From the UHGV virus genome UHGV-0229283: DNA of 64,000 nucleotides; one strand, 5' to 3'. The notes under the pieces are model-generated. The model saw only the letters and a program-made list of their open reading frames with translations, made no database searches and was not told where the DNA came from. Below are positions 38,274 through 47,896 of this stretch, one piece after another. The stretch is from a virus. A program made the position numbers and the translations under genes. How positions within the stretch are numbered: the stretch's first letter is position 1; each line of letters opens with the position of its first letter.

Positions 38274-38678
38274 TTACAGAGATTCCAGCTCTTTCAGGAT
38301 CTCTTCACGAGACATCGCTGCATCTTTCTCGTTATCCTTCTCTGCCAGCAGGTCCAGAAGTTTACGCTTACGCTCAACCTTCTCTTTCGCTGCCTGGCGA
38401 TCCGCGATCTCCGCTTTACGCACCGAGATGATGTACTTCAGGATATCCAGCTTCAGGTTTGCTTCGCCATTTACAGCACTGGCCTCGACAACGAAACTTT
38501 CTTCAGCAGATGCTTTCACATCACGGTTAGCCAGTTTGGAAACCGTATCCAGGCTGGTATTACCAGTCATCGGCAGATCCCACAGATCTTCTGTGGTCAG
38601 TAGACCTTTCGGGCTTGCAAAACGCAGTTTTTTACGGGTAGCCAGTTCGAACAGGGTCGGTGCGTTGATGATAGCCAT
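38274..38678 (-). CDS. hypothetical protein
   Basis: 134 aa with a K/E-rich coiled-coil C-terminus. Confidence 0.3.
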   Translation of the reverse strand: MAIINAPTLFELATRKKLRFASPKGLLTTEDLWDLPMTGNTSLDTVSKLANRDVKASAEESFVVEASAVNGEANLKLDILKYIISVRKAEIADRQAAKEKVERKRKLLDLLAEKDNEKDAAMSREEILKELESL

Positions 38679-38695
38679 TGTTTTGTTTCTCCTCT

Positions 38696-38914
38696 TTAGT
38701 TTTTTAAGATGCCGCGCTCTTCAAGAATCGCGACTAATTGTGCTTCTGTTGCCCGGTAAGTGAAGGAGTGCAACATCTTCTTTGCAGTAATGTATGCACA
38801 CCCGAACTCTTTACACACTCTTTTGTAAGGATTCTCAACCTCTGGGGAAGAGAACCCTTCCAGACATGCAACAAGTCTATCAGTTACCGGGGTTGGTTGC
38901 AACCCCGTTTTCAT
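38696..38914 (-). CDS. hypothetical protein
   Basis: 72 aa ORF. Confidence 0.25.
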   Translation of the reverse strand: MKTGLQPTPVTDRLVACLEGFSSPEVENPYKRVCKEFGCAYITAKKMLHSFTYRATEAQLVAILEERGILKN

Positions 38915-40944
38915 CAGAATTTAATCTTCAGGGTGCGGTTGAAAGAACCAGTAACCTTCACAACCAACTCGTTACGCTGGGTAGACGAGAAGCCCAGGCC
39001 GCTCAGTTGATCAGTGGAGTGTTCAGCTTTGAGCTTGGAACCCAACACTTCGAACACTTTACGATGCTCATGCAGCTCGTCACGCAGATACTCATTATAG
39101 AAGCCACGAGTATCGTCAGGGTTAATGCAACCTTCCAGCATAAAGAAGTAGTGTTTGTTACCTTTGGTCTGACCATCCCAGAAGTTAGGAGAATTCAGCA
39201 CCAGAGAAACTTTCTGGAAGGTCTCGGTAGAGACGCCCCATACTTCTTTCGATTGCTTAGTATGCCCGATGCTGTCTACAATTTCAACACCTTTCGCACG
39301 AGAATACTTAAAGGTTACAACGGTCTGGCTCTTGCTATTACCCAAAGCTTGCGGGTATGCAAAGTTGAACACTTGGCCTTTGTATTCCATCTGTACTTCG
39401 AAGCCAACGCGATCAGTCATGCGCTTATTATAGTTGTTAACAACAACCTTGTAAACACCTTCCGTGATATTACGCTCATTTTCCCACGTAACGTTCTCAA
39501 CCGGATGGTGTGCGTCTGACTTGCCATAGGCATTCATATCCACATCCAGCGTACCCGTTGAGCGACCACGTTTGTTACCGAAGTAAATTTGACCGCCACC
39601 AGGCTCGAATACGTGCAGGTCGAGGTCATCACTGTTGTACCAGGACAACGAAACACGCAGGTCACCAGTCACGCTACCGCCAGCGGCTTTCACACGCTCC
39701 TTGATGGAGTCAGTTACTTCGCCATTATACGACCAGGAGAAGCCGTTATCCCATTTGAACAGGTTAGGAGCACCTGCGTTTGCCGGGGCAACCAGGCTCA
39801 TCAGGTTCGGTGTCAGACGACCTTCAACCAGCGCTTCGATAGTGTCCGCTTTCGGCAGAACGTTATTGATGAAATCCTCAATGCTGATCTCTTCTACTTT
39901 CGACAGTGACTTCGGCGCGTTTTTGGTTGACGCTGCCAGTTGCTCGAATACGTTCATCTGGGCCTTTGCAGAACGGTCAGCAAACAACACGTTGTTGATC
40001 GTCAGGTCAGAGGTCACCGCAAAGCGACGTGCCAGAGATTCAGTCAAGCCGAGGGCTTCAACCTTCTCTTGTGCTGCCTTGATCATGCCCGGAGTTACCA
40101 GAGCTGTAGTACGCTTGTAGTTGGTCCCTGAGACTTTGTCTTCAAAGGACTTCACTGCGGCTTCAAGATCAATACCTTCTGCCAGATCGCTCATCAGTGT
40201 ACCGATGACATCATTACGGAAGCGGCCCAGTTTACCCAGCGTTTCACTTTGTTTCCAGCAGAAGTTCATTCGCTGATCTTCCGGCGTTTTGTCGTATGCA
40301 CGTTTCGCCTTAATAAAGGCAGCAACAATGTGCTTTTTCTCATCACCACGGTACAGAGAGCCTTGGTTGATCAGGTCCATTACCGTTTCGGCAGAGTCCA
40401 TATCGATATCTTTCAGAGAACGTGCCAGCACAGTTGCGTTGTCACGGTACTCACCCAGGGCAGAAGGGATATCTTCACCACGTTTAACCAGTTCGCGAGG
40501 CAGGGCCTGATGGAAGTGGGTCCAGGTTTTGGTTTTCCCATTTTCCAGGAGAACTACGTTGCTCTCAGTACCAACGCGGCCTTCGAAGTGGAAGAAGCGA
40601 TCGCGGATCTCGGCGCTTTCAACACGCGCTTTCATCGCATCGGCAACAACTTGGTAGTAACCACCAACTTTAACGTCCCAAATAGAGACCAGCTTGCCGT
40701 TGTGAATCGCGACTACTCGGCCCAGAGTACGGATGTAGCTCTTGCAGCAGTTACAGTCATATTCACGGCGCTCTTTATACATCAGATTGGTGCCTTCCGG
40801 GAAAGAGTCGAGGTACAGATCGTACAGTTCATCTTTCGGTACATCGACCGTGTAAAGCGCACCCAGCGCTTGCATGACAGCGAACTGAGCTTTCAGAGCT
40901 TTTACGAAGTCAGCGTAAGGTACGGTTTCATATTTTGCGGTCAT
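38914..40944 (-). CDS. large conserved hypothetical protein (676 aa) of the early region
   Basis: Long ORF with a clean RBS. No motif I can confidently place. It is not NAMPT-like because it lacks the GYRG-type signature. Confidence 0.5.
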   Translation of the reverse strand: MTAKYETVPYADFVKALKAQFAVMQALGALYTVDVPKDELYDLYLDSFPEGTNLMYKERREYDCNCCKSYIRTLGRVVAIHNGKLVSIWDVKVGGYYQVVADAMKARVESAEIRDRFFHFEGRVGTESNVVLLENGKTKTWTHFHQALPRELVKRGEDIPSALGEYRDNATVLARSLKDIDMDSAETVMDLINQGSLYRGDEKKHIVAAFIKAKRAYDKTPEDQRMNFCWKQSETLGKLGRFRNDVIGTLMSDLAEGIDLEAAVKSFEDKVSGTNYKRTTALVTPGMIKAAQEKVEALGLTESLARRFAVTSDLTINNVLFADRSAKAQMNVFEQLAASTKNAPKSLSKVEEISIEDFINNVLPKADTIEALVEGRLTPNLMSLVAPANAGAPNLFKWDNGFSWSYNGEVTDSIKERVKAAGGSVTGDLRVSLSWYNSDDLDLHVFEPGGGQIYFGNKRGRSTGTLDVDMNAYGKSDAHHPVENVTWENERNITEGVYKVVVNNYNKRMTDRVGFEVQMEYKGQVFNFAYPQALGNSKSQTVVTFKYSRAKGVEIVDSIGHTKQSKEVWGVSTETFQKVSLVLNSPNFWDGQTKGNKHYFFMLEGCINPDDTRGFYNEYLRDELHEHRKVFEVLGSKLKAEHSTDQLSGLGFSSTQRNELVVKVTGSFNRTLKIKF

Positions 40945-41039
40945 TTCGTTCTCCTGTTTGTGAAGTTATTTTGAAGCGAGGTCTCTCGTCTTCATGTGAT
41001 ACACTTTAATGCTATTCGAAACGGCTGTCAACACTATTT

Positions 41040-41267
41040 TTAAATTTCTTGCAAATATTCAATCATGGTCTCTAAGCTTTTATTCTTATAGCGTCTAGAA
41101 GCCAATGACCAGCCGGGGTACTCATTGTCGGTATCGGTAGTGTACACCATCCACTCCCCTGCAACTTTCCTGAAAAAGCTGACATAGTACGCCCAATTAC
41201 CGCCCGGAGTAGGATGTCCTGGATACATAAAATAATGGGTTGCTTCTTTAGGTTTGTTCGGAAACAT
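41040..41267 (-). CDS. hypothetical protein
   Basis: 75 aa, Trp/Tyr-rich. Confidence 0.3.
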   Translation of the reverse strand: MFPNKPKEATHYFMYPGHPTPGGNWAYYVSFFRKVAGEWMVYTTDTDNEYPGWSLASRRYKNKSLETMIEYLQEI

Positions 41268-41280
41268 GATTTCTCCTATG

Positions 41281-41302
41281 AAAAAAAAAGGGCCGAAGCC
41301 CC
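41281..41302 (-). terminator. rho-independent terminator after the DNA polymerase
   Basis: On the minus strand: GGGC-TTCG-GCCC hairpin followed by T9. Confidence 0.6.
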
Positions 41303-41307
41303 TATCG

Positions 41308-41988
41308 TTAATGGCAATCGCTCCAATTACGACCAGTCAGGTATGCCCCTGTGATATGTACAGGACTGCCCATGATACGAGCGGCCTTCTCTACACATCT
41401 TACGACCATTTCACCTACAGGGCAATACTGGATGTGAATTTTACCATCCTCTCCAAAAATACCCTCGTAGACTGTATTGCCTTCCGCATCCTTGACTTTA
41501 TCACCGTTGTCATCTTTGACGGCCTTTCTCCATTCATGTCCGTCAAATACCCGGCCTTTTGCTTCCCATTCTTTAACGAAAGCTGTTGCCTCTTCCAGGG
41601 TGTCAAACTCCCACTTCTTCAAGTATTTCTTAGGAACCTGGAGCTGGTATTCATCATGGTAGTAAATCAGGCGACGAACGTCATCATCATACCAGCCACG
41701 TTTGATTAGTTCCCAATGAAGAAGGATACCCACCAGATCGAATAGAGATGCACCACCGTTTTGCTGGAAAGCATTCAGAAGAGAGTGCTTAGAACGGGTC
41801 CAAATCTTACGACCATCGAGACCAGGGATATAACGTTTACCCGTTGCTTCCCAGAAGTTTTCAAGCCATTCCTTACGACCTTTCAAACCAAAGTTACTAT
41901 CCCAGAAAGCATCGATTACCGCCTGTGCCTTGTCAAGGGAAATGTGAAGCATTGCTGCAATCTTAGCTGCCTGAGCACCATACATGAT
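41308..41988 (-). CDS. DNA polymerase (family A), exon 2 / C-terminal part
   Basis: IMYGAQAAKIAAML aligns with T7 gp5 FLYGAGDEKIGQIV, the end of motif B. YYHDEYQ is motif C (HDE). The listed ORF extends 5 codons further, to 42003, into the putative intron. Confidence 0.6.
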   Translation of the reverse strand: MMYGAQAAKIAAMLHISLDKAQAVIDAFWDSNFGLKGRKEWLENFWEATGKRYIPGLDGRKIWTRSKHSLLNAFQQNGGASLFDLVGILLHWELIKRGWYDDDVRRLIYYHDEYQLQVPKKYLKKWEFDTLEEATAFVKEWEAKGRVFDGHEWRKAVKDDNGDKVKDAEGNTVYEGIFGEDGKIHIQYCPVGEMVVRCVEKAARIMGSPVHITGAYLTGRNWSDCH

Positions 41989-42674
41989 CCTAATGTTCGA
42001 CATGGGACGCTACCACCATGCCCGTTCTCTTATGAACTGCTGCATGTTTCCATGCAGAGCAGACTATATCTTCACCCACACTTGGGGTGTCCACCGCTTC
42101 GGGCCGCTTGGCCCTACTCCGTTACCGGATAGTCGTTGGGATTTTACCTCTTGCCAAATACCACTCTTCACCACTACAGTAAAGATTGTTGCAAACAGCA
42201 TGTTCTACATTAGATGCACGGCATGATAACTCTATATTTTCCCAGCAATTATTCAATGTGTTTGCATCTAGGTGGTTGACCTCTTCCTCTTCAAGAAGGT
42301 CTCTACCGATCTTTGCCGCACAAATCAACCTGTGCAACAAATAGTGTTTGCCATTTTTCAAACAGATACGCTGATAAAATTTCTTTCCCTTACCTTTGTG
42401 TAGATAGGGCTTCAACTTTCTTAGTTTTCCACGATTGCTGGAGTATATATTACCTTCGTGGTCACAAAAGTATCCGTTTGATATTGGTATTTTAGCCAAG
42501 GTACTTATCTGCTGATTGTCCATTTCATCCTCCTAAAAGGAGAAATCATACATAAATTTTTCAAACTGTCAAGCCCATCCTCGCGGATCACTTTGTAGTA
42601 TTTATGTCTTTAGGATTTCCCAGCAATTCAATGGATGCACCTTATAAATTACTTCATAAGGGGGCTATCAATTA
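41989..42674 (-). other. putative group I intron (about 686 nt) interrupting the DNA polymerase gene, carrying an HNH endonuclease ORF
   Basis: Exon 1 ends ...KGVTYG, then TAA. Exon 2 is best joined at IMYG, which reconstitutes KGVTYGIMYGAQAAKI against T7 KTFIYGFLYGAGDEKI. The 5' exon ends in U and the intron ends in G. GC-rich paired segments flank the HNH ORF. Confidence 0.45.
42122..42523 (-). CDS. intron-encoded HNH homing endonuclease
   Basis: 133 aa. The His/Asn-rich core EEEEVNHLDANTLNN fits the HNH motif. It is embedded between the two halves of the polymerase gene. Confidence 0.6.
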   Translation of the reverse strand: MDNQQISTLAKIPISNGYFCDHEGNIYSSNRGKLRKLKPYLHKGKGKKFYQRICLKNGKHYLLHRLICAAKIGRDLLEEEEVNHLDANTLNNCWENIELSCRASNVEHAVCNNLYCSGEEWYLARGKIPTTIR

Positions 42675-44711
42675 ACCGTAGGTTACCCCTTTACCACCGT
42701 TACGCGTTACCAGAGTACCAGAAGCTTTGGTGTATGCCTCGGCGTTTCGTGCGTGGGCATCTCCACTTTCCATGATACGGAGGTATTCACCGCCATCGAA
42801 CTCGTAAGCACCCCAAGCAGCAATCATACCTTCGAGGTTAGAACCATCGATACCGACTTGGTAATATTCATCGGTCACACCCCAGAGACCACGCATCTCT
42901 TTACCCAACAACACCTTAGGATCTGGCTTAGGCATGTTTGCACAAATGGTGTGCTTACAACGCCCGGTGTTAGTGATACCAGAGAAACGAGCTGGAAGTT
43001 TTCCATCAATCGCCAGGCGAGGATGATTCAACAGCCCTGTATCGTTTTTATCCTCGTCAATAGGGTCGAGAACAGAACGACGGTTACGTAATGACAGCCA
43101 CTTAACAATCTGTTTAGCCAAGTGAACATCGATAACTTCAAGGTTAGGACACAGCTTGCCAAAGTTATCCTTCAACTGTGGTGAAGTCGGCAGTTGACGA
43201 GCTTTGCGTCTGAACTTCTTGAAGATCTCCTCGTAAACACGATCAGAACCATGACGATGGTCGAACTTGTTTTCCGAGATATTGAACTTTGCGTCACTAT
43301 TATTTAAGTGCTCAAGAATCAGAGATTTATACTCGGACTCTCCAAGTTCTTCGATGTACTTACGCACCAGACCATCAACCTCCGCATCATCGCGGGTCTT
43401 TTTGAACTGGTCTTTCGTCACATCTTTAACACGCCAGAGCGTTGGTTTCCATCCCGCATCGCGGATCAGGTACTTCTTGATGTCGTCCTGGTTCGAGATC
43501 TTCATCGGAACCATCAGGTCTGGCATCTTTCCAGCACGAAGATCGGCAATTGCCTTTTCCATTAGGTCTGGTGGCAATGGGACAAGGGTATTCTCTTTCT
43601 TTATCTGGCTTCTAATGAAGTCTGGCATCGCTGCCGGGTCTTCAACACCATTCTGGATACAGTATCTTTCCCCTGCTGCACTTACATCACCGTTACCTTT
43701 AAACGCCGTCTTCGGTGGACCTTTGAATTCCAGCGCTTCACGATTAACTGGATATCCCAGCTTGTATTCTAACCAATTCCACCCGTGATGGGAAATTCTT
43801 CCTGCACCATCAAAAGGATTAGCAGGGAATTTTGGCTGTTGAGACTTCGTCATCTCTTTGAGCGGGAGTTGAGGTTCTACTTCTTCCTCAATCTCTTTCA
43901 TCATTACATCAATACGGTCTCTCAGCTTTTCAGCTTCATGCTTATTGAATGGAACACCCTGAATTTCTTGCTCAATCATCAGGTAATCAGTCAACATACG
44001 GCGGCGTAGCGCGTTCTTCCAGTTGATCTGCCGCATCCCTTCCGGCTTATCTTTGTACATGAACTGCTTGTCATCAGGCCAGCGAGCACCTGTAGACTCA
44101 TCGATCAGGGATTGCCATGTCAATTCGTTGATTAAAACGTCTTCCCAGACACGGTTAACGTATTCCCACAATGGTTGGTTACGCCAGTCATCGATCTGAA
44201 CTTTCTTGTTTGCTACGCGGTAGCCCCAGGCCAACAGGCCATGAGGACCTACACGGTCTCGCTTCCCGGTTACCGGGTTAAGAACAGAGTCAGGGCAACC
44301 GTTAGGTAATGGGCGGTCAGGATAAAGCACACGGCTCATAGAGAGGGTGTCGTAGAGATTTACCTGTGTATCCCCAATCGTCCCCATGCACTTCGGGTCT
44401 TTGAACATATCATATTCAATGCCCGATAACTTCTTCCACAGACGCAGGTCATAGCCAAAAAGGTTGTGAATCGCAATGCCGCGAGGCTCCGTTTGCAACC
44501 AAGTGTACAGCTCGTCATAAGAAAGAATCCTAAGGTTAGCCTCTGTCTTGCTACGAGCGTAAGCTACTGCGCTTTCATATTCCGGGTGGTTTGGGTCAAG
44601 GAAGAGGACCCAATTGTTAACACCAAATTCTTTCAGTAGTGTGCAGTGGTACTTTGTAACTTCATCAAGCAGCCCATCTGCTTCATTATCCCCTATAAAA
44701 AGACCTCTCAT
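42675..44711 (-). CDS. DNA polymerase (family A), exon 1 / N-terminal part with 3'-5' exonuclease
   Basis: FIGDNEADGL is a DEDD exo motif. IDGSNLEGMI...GGEYLRIMESGDAHARNAE aligns with T7 gp5 motif A and downstream, ADASGLELR...NGEYAHEILNGDIHTKNQ. The ORF ends RNGGKGVTYG, then stop, inside motif B. Confidence 0.7.
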
Positions 44712-45217
44712 TCATCCCTCGCAAAAGTGTTATGGTACTTGGCTCTTTCTCTTTTAGCTACATCTGCCGCTTCTTCAAGACTGTCAAAATATCCGCAGTG
44801 GATTTGTTTTCTGTTAACACAGATCTGCACCTGCCATTTACCAGCATGTTCTTTCCAGTAGACACACTTATGGCCGGAGGTGTTAGTGACCCTTTTCCTA
44901 CTATTATGCATGTTTTGGTTTGTTGTTGCGGGTCTCAGGTTTTCTACGTGGTTATTTTGAGGATTGCAGTCTTCGTGATCCACAACATCAGGAAGCCATC
45001 CATGATGGTACAAGAAAATCACCCTGTGAGCGAGAAATCTTCCTAACGGGGTGCTTATCTCAATGTACCCTGTGTTCATCACGCTTCCAGCTTCCTTACC
45101 GCCATACTTGGTATTGAAGGTTTTGTTGAACCTGTTTGTTGCGGGCCTTAATCTGTGGTAAAGTTTACCATCTCTGTATTCAAACAACTTCCTAACGTAC
45201 TCTTGCGAGAGTGTCAT
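44708..45217 (-). CDS. free-standing HNH-AP2 homing endonuclease
   Basis: VVDHEDCNPQNNHVENLR is the HNH core. The AP2-like C-terminus is GHKCVYWKEHAGKWQVQI...GYFDSLEEAA. ATGA overlap with the polymerase gene. Confidence 0.6.
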   Translation of the reverse strand: MTLSQEYVRKLFEYRDGKLYHRLRPATNRFNKTFNTKYGGKEAGSVMNTGYIEISTPLGRFLAHRVIFLYHHGWLPDVVDHEDCNPQNNHVENLRPATTNQNMHNSRKRVTNTSGHKCVYWKEHAGKWQVQICVNRKQIHCGYFDSLEEAADVAKRERAKYHNTFARDE

Positions 45218-45273
45218 TGTTCCTCCTATTCAAGGTGGGCTAGACTGTACCGTCGCCCACCTCTCAGTTGGTA

Positions 45274-47337
45274 TTAAATTACATAAATTGCATGTTTTGC
45301 GTATTGCAATCCTATCGGGGCGAAAGGCGTATCATCGTCAGGACCAAGAGTAGGGACTGGTGTCCTATCAAGATCGATGGTTGGCTTATACTCAGGTGCC
45401 GGAACATTTACCTTTCCAACCGGAGTTTCCAGAGAGAGTTGATGGATCAGACTCTGAGGACGAAGCATAACTTCACCATTAAGCTTGAACATCCCATCTT
45501 CCCATTCCCAGCCGGAAGCATCGGAGAACTGCCCGTTGTCATCCATAACCATTGTATCAGCGATACCCAGTTTTTTGTGTGGGCGGTTCTTCAGCACCAC
45601 GATACGTACACGCCCACGGGAGCGGTCAGGAAGCTCTTCTGGTTCAACACCCAGAACCACCCATGAGAGTTGTTCAAGGGCCGCAGAACCGCGCAGGTCT
45701 TCTTTACGGACCGGATACCAGAACGGCAATAGATTCCCATCTTTATCTTTCGGAAGCTGAAGTTCTTTACGCTTCATGTGGCTGATTGATAAGATGAAAA
45801 CATCGTACTTCTTACAGAAAGCTGCCAGCTCGGTCATGATGTTATCAAGGTCTCGACGTTCGTTGTCGGACTTAAGACCAGAGATTACCATTGACAGGTG
45901 ATCGAGGATGATCCATTTACAACCATCAAGGAACACCATCTGCTTAAGTTTCTGAATAAGCTGGTCTGTCGGGATAGAACCGAAGTGATCAAAGATCTTA
46001 ATCTTATCTTCCCGAATCCAGCGTTGGTGAATCTCAAGGTGTTGCTCTTCGGTTAAGAACTGCTCCGGGTCAGCAACAAATGCCTTAGGGTCCACCTTCA
46101 GCTCTTCAGCATACAAGCTGTTTACAGACTCTTCTTCATCCTCTTCCAGACGGATGATGGCTACTTTCTCACTCTCGGTCCAGCCATCTAGGCGGGGAAT
46201 TGACATATCACGAAGATAATCAATGATCGCGTATTCAATCTTACGAGAGATTGTAGACTTACCACCACCAGACGGGCCTGTCAATGTCCAAAGCTCACCA
46301 GTACGGGGGCCACGGGTCAGGTTATATAGGCCGGGTAGCCCTGGTAATGGAACACCATCTTTTTTCTTCTTGCGAAGATTCTCAATGGTAATATCCTTAA
46401 GACCGATAAGCTTATCAGGAACATAGCGATCGTCTGCTTTGGTAAACATTGCATAAAGCTCGCGTACCTTACCTGCATCATACATGTCACGAATGTCTTT
46501 AAAGCCATCCGGGTCATTACGCTCGTTAGGATATCGCACAACGTAAATATTTTCTGACAGCAGGAAGCTAGCGACATCGTCGGTTGCTTCTTTACCTTTC
46601 TTTATTTTCTTTTCTTTTTCTAATGCTGTGGCTTCGTCGTTATCAAAGCCCAAGACTACCTTCTCATAACTGCGAATGAACTTCTCGTTGTTTGCGAAAG
46701 TATCAACAGCGTTTGCAGTACCACAGTTTAATCCAACATAGGGTAGTGTCGGAAGACCTCCAATGTCCTCGTCGTTCTGAATATGACGGATACCTTTTAA
46801 GATGCTATCCGCCCAGTCTTTAACGCCTTTACTGGCCTTTGGACTGGTGGACATAGCCTTAACCATCTCATACGCTGCCTGCCATGCGGCGCATACGTCA
46901 CCTTCACCTTCCACGATATTGATCTGCTTACGACCAACACCCATAGAGGCTTCATGCTGCCCGAAGAACTGAGATGATGCCTTCACAGCACCAACAGTTG
47001 AAAAGTGTCCTGTCTTTTCCTTCTGTAACGTCCAGTCACGTTTCTTGAATCCCGTCAGTTTCCCATACTTATCATAATAAGGCAAGTATGTTGCTACCGG
47101 GGTGATACCATCCGCCGGGGATACCGCAGAACGGATCTTAAAATACTGTGCTGCTTCAAGAGAGAGACTCATTTCGGGAACAGCCATGATGCGGGTGCCA
47201 GACAGCACTGATTCCAGGGTCTCTTCTACTCGATTGTTACTATAACTCAACTTGCCTCCGCGATTACTTCCAAAACCTGCTCTTGGGTTTTCATTGCCAC
47301 CTTTCCTATAGGCCGCCCAATCTGGTCCATTACCCAT
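45274..47337 (-). CDS. bifunctional primase-helicase (T7 gp4-like: TOPRIM primase plus DnaB-family helicase)
   Basis: Walker A TLTGPSGGGKSTISRK and Walker B IILDHL in the C-terminal half. The N-terminal half is primase-like. The C-terminal tail is DDDTPFAPIGLQYAKHAIYVI. Confidence 0.65.
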   Translation of the reverse strand: MGNGPDWAAYRKGGNENPRAGFGSNRGGKLSYSNNRVEETLESVLSGTRIMAVPEMSLSLEAAQYFKIRSAVSPADGITPVATYLPYYDKYGKLTGFKKRDWTLQKEKTGHFSTVGAVKASSQFFGQHEASMGVGRKQINIVEGEGDVCAAWQAAYEMVKAMSTSPKASKGVKDWADSILKGIRHIQNDEDIGGLPTLPYVGLNCGTANAVDTFANNEKFIRSYEKVVLGFDNDEATALEKEKKIKKGKEATDDVASFLLSENIYVVRYPNERNDPDGFKDIRDMYDAGKVRELYAMFTKADDRYVPDKLIGLKDITIENLRKKKKDGVPLPGLPGLYNLTRGPRTGELWTLTGPSGGGKSTISRKIEYAIIDYLRDMSIPRLDGWTESEKVAIIRLEEDEEESVNSLYAEELKVDPKAFVADPEQFLTEEQHLEIHQRWIREDKIKIFDHFGSIPTDQLIQKLKQMVFLDGCKWIILDHLSMVISGLKSDNERRDLDNIMTELAAFCKKYDVFILSISHMKRKELQLPKDKDGNLLPFWYPVRKEDLRGSAALEQLSWVVLGVEPEELPDRSRGRVRIVVLKNRPHKKLGIADTMVMDDNGQFSDASGWEWEDGMFKLNGEVMLRPQSLIHQLSLETPVGKVNVPAPEYKPTIDLDRTPVPTLGPDDDTPFAPIGLQYAKHAIYVI

Positions 47338-47896
47338 TACATCTCCTATTACGAACCTCTCTAATAGCAGGCCCTATTATGGTCATCATCTCTTCTACAG
47401 TAAAGAAATCACTTCTAGCCTTGTTGCAGACAGAACAACACGGCAGGACGTTTTCAACAGAGTGCCCAATAGAATTGTCGATACGATCAAGACCAACATC
47501 CCCCTTATCACCACAGTAGATACAAGGGCTTCGTATAATCCTTCTAACATCTTCAAGGGTAAGATCAGAAACTCTACCCTTTATCTTGTCGAGACGAGAA
47601 TAGTTATTGAACAACACCTTATCACGGTTAGACTCCCGATATCTTTTTCCCCTTTCCCTCCTTTTCTTGAGGTACTCAATATCATTTCTTGATGCTAAGT
47701 GCTTCTCTTTCTGGTCTTTATACTGGCACGCCCTGCAAATGGAGGATACCCTATTACCACCTTTTGTATTTATCCTGAAGTTCTTATGGGTACATTCCTT
47801 TTCCTCCCCACATTTCTTACAGACCTGCATTCCACCGTATTCCCTTTTTGAAGAAGATTCGGTGAACTTTCCAAGATCGTCTCTTTCACGAGTCAC
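47330..47896 (-). CDS. free-standing HNH homing endonuclease
   Basis: The C-terminus GLDRIDNSIGHSVENVLPCCSVCNKAR is a classic HNH motif. N-terminal CxxC pairs form a zinc finger. Confidence 0.55.
   Translation of the reverse strand: MTRERDDLGKFTESSSKREYGGMQVCKKCGEEKECTHKNFRINTKGGNRVSSICRACQYKDQKEKHLASRNDIEYLKKRRERGKRYRESNRDKVLFNNYSRLDKIKGRVSDLTLEDVRRIIRSPCIYCGDKGDVGLDRIDNSIGHSVENVLPCCSVCNKARSDFFTVEEMMTIIGPAIREVRNRRCNG

Noticed and set aside
38914-40944. Possibility that the 676-aa protein is NadV/NAMPT, which would complete an NARP2-type pathway
   Set aside because: It lacks the NAMPT/NAPRTase signatures I can recall (for example the GYRG-containing active-site region) and is about 180 aa too long. 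It was left as hypothetical.
41989-42003. The MSNIR N-terminus of the downstream polymerase ORF as a genuine independent start
   Set aside because: There is no RBS. The alignment to T7 motif B places the exon boundary 5 codons downstream, at IMYG, so these codons are better explained as intron sequence in frame.
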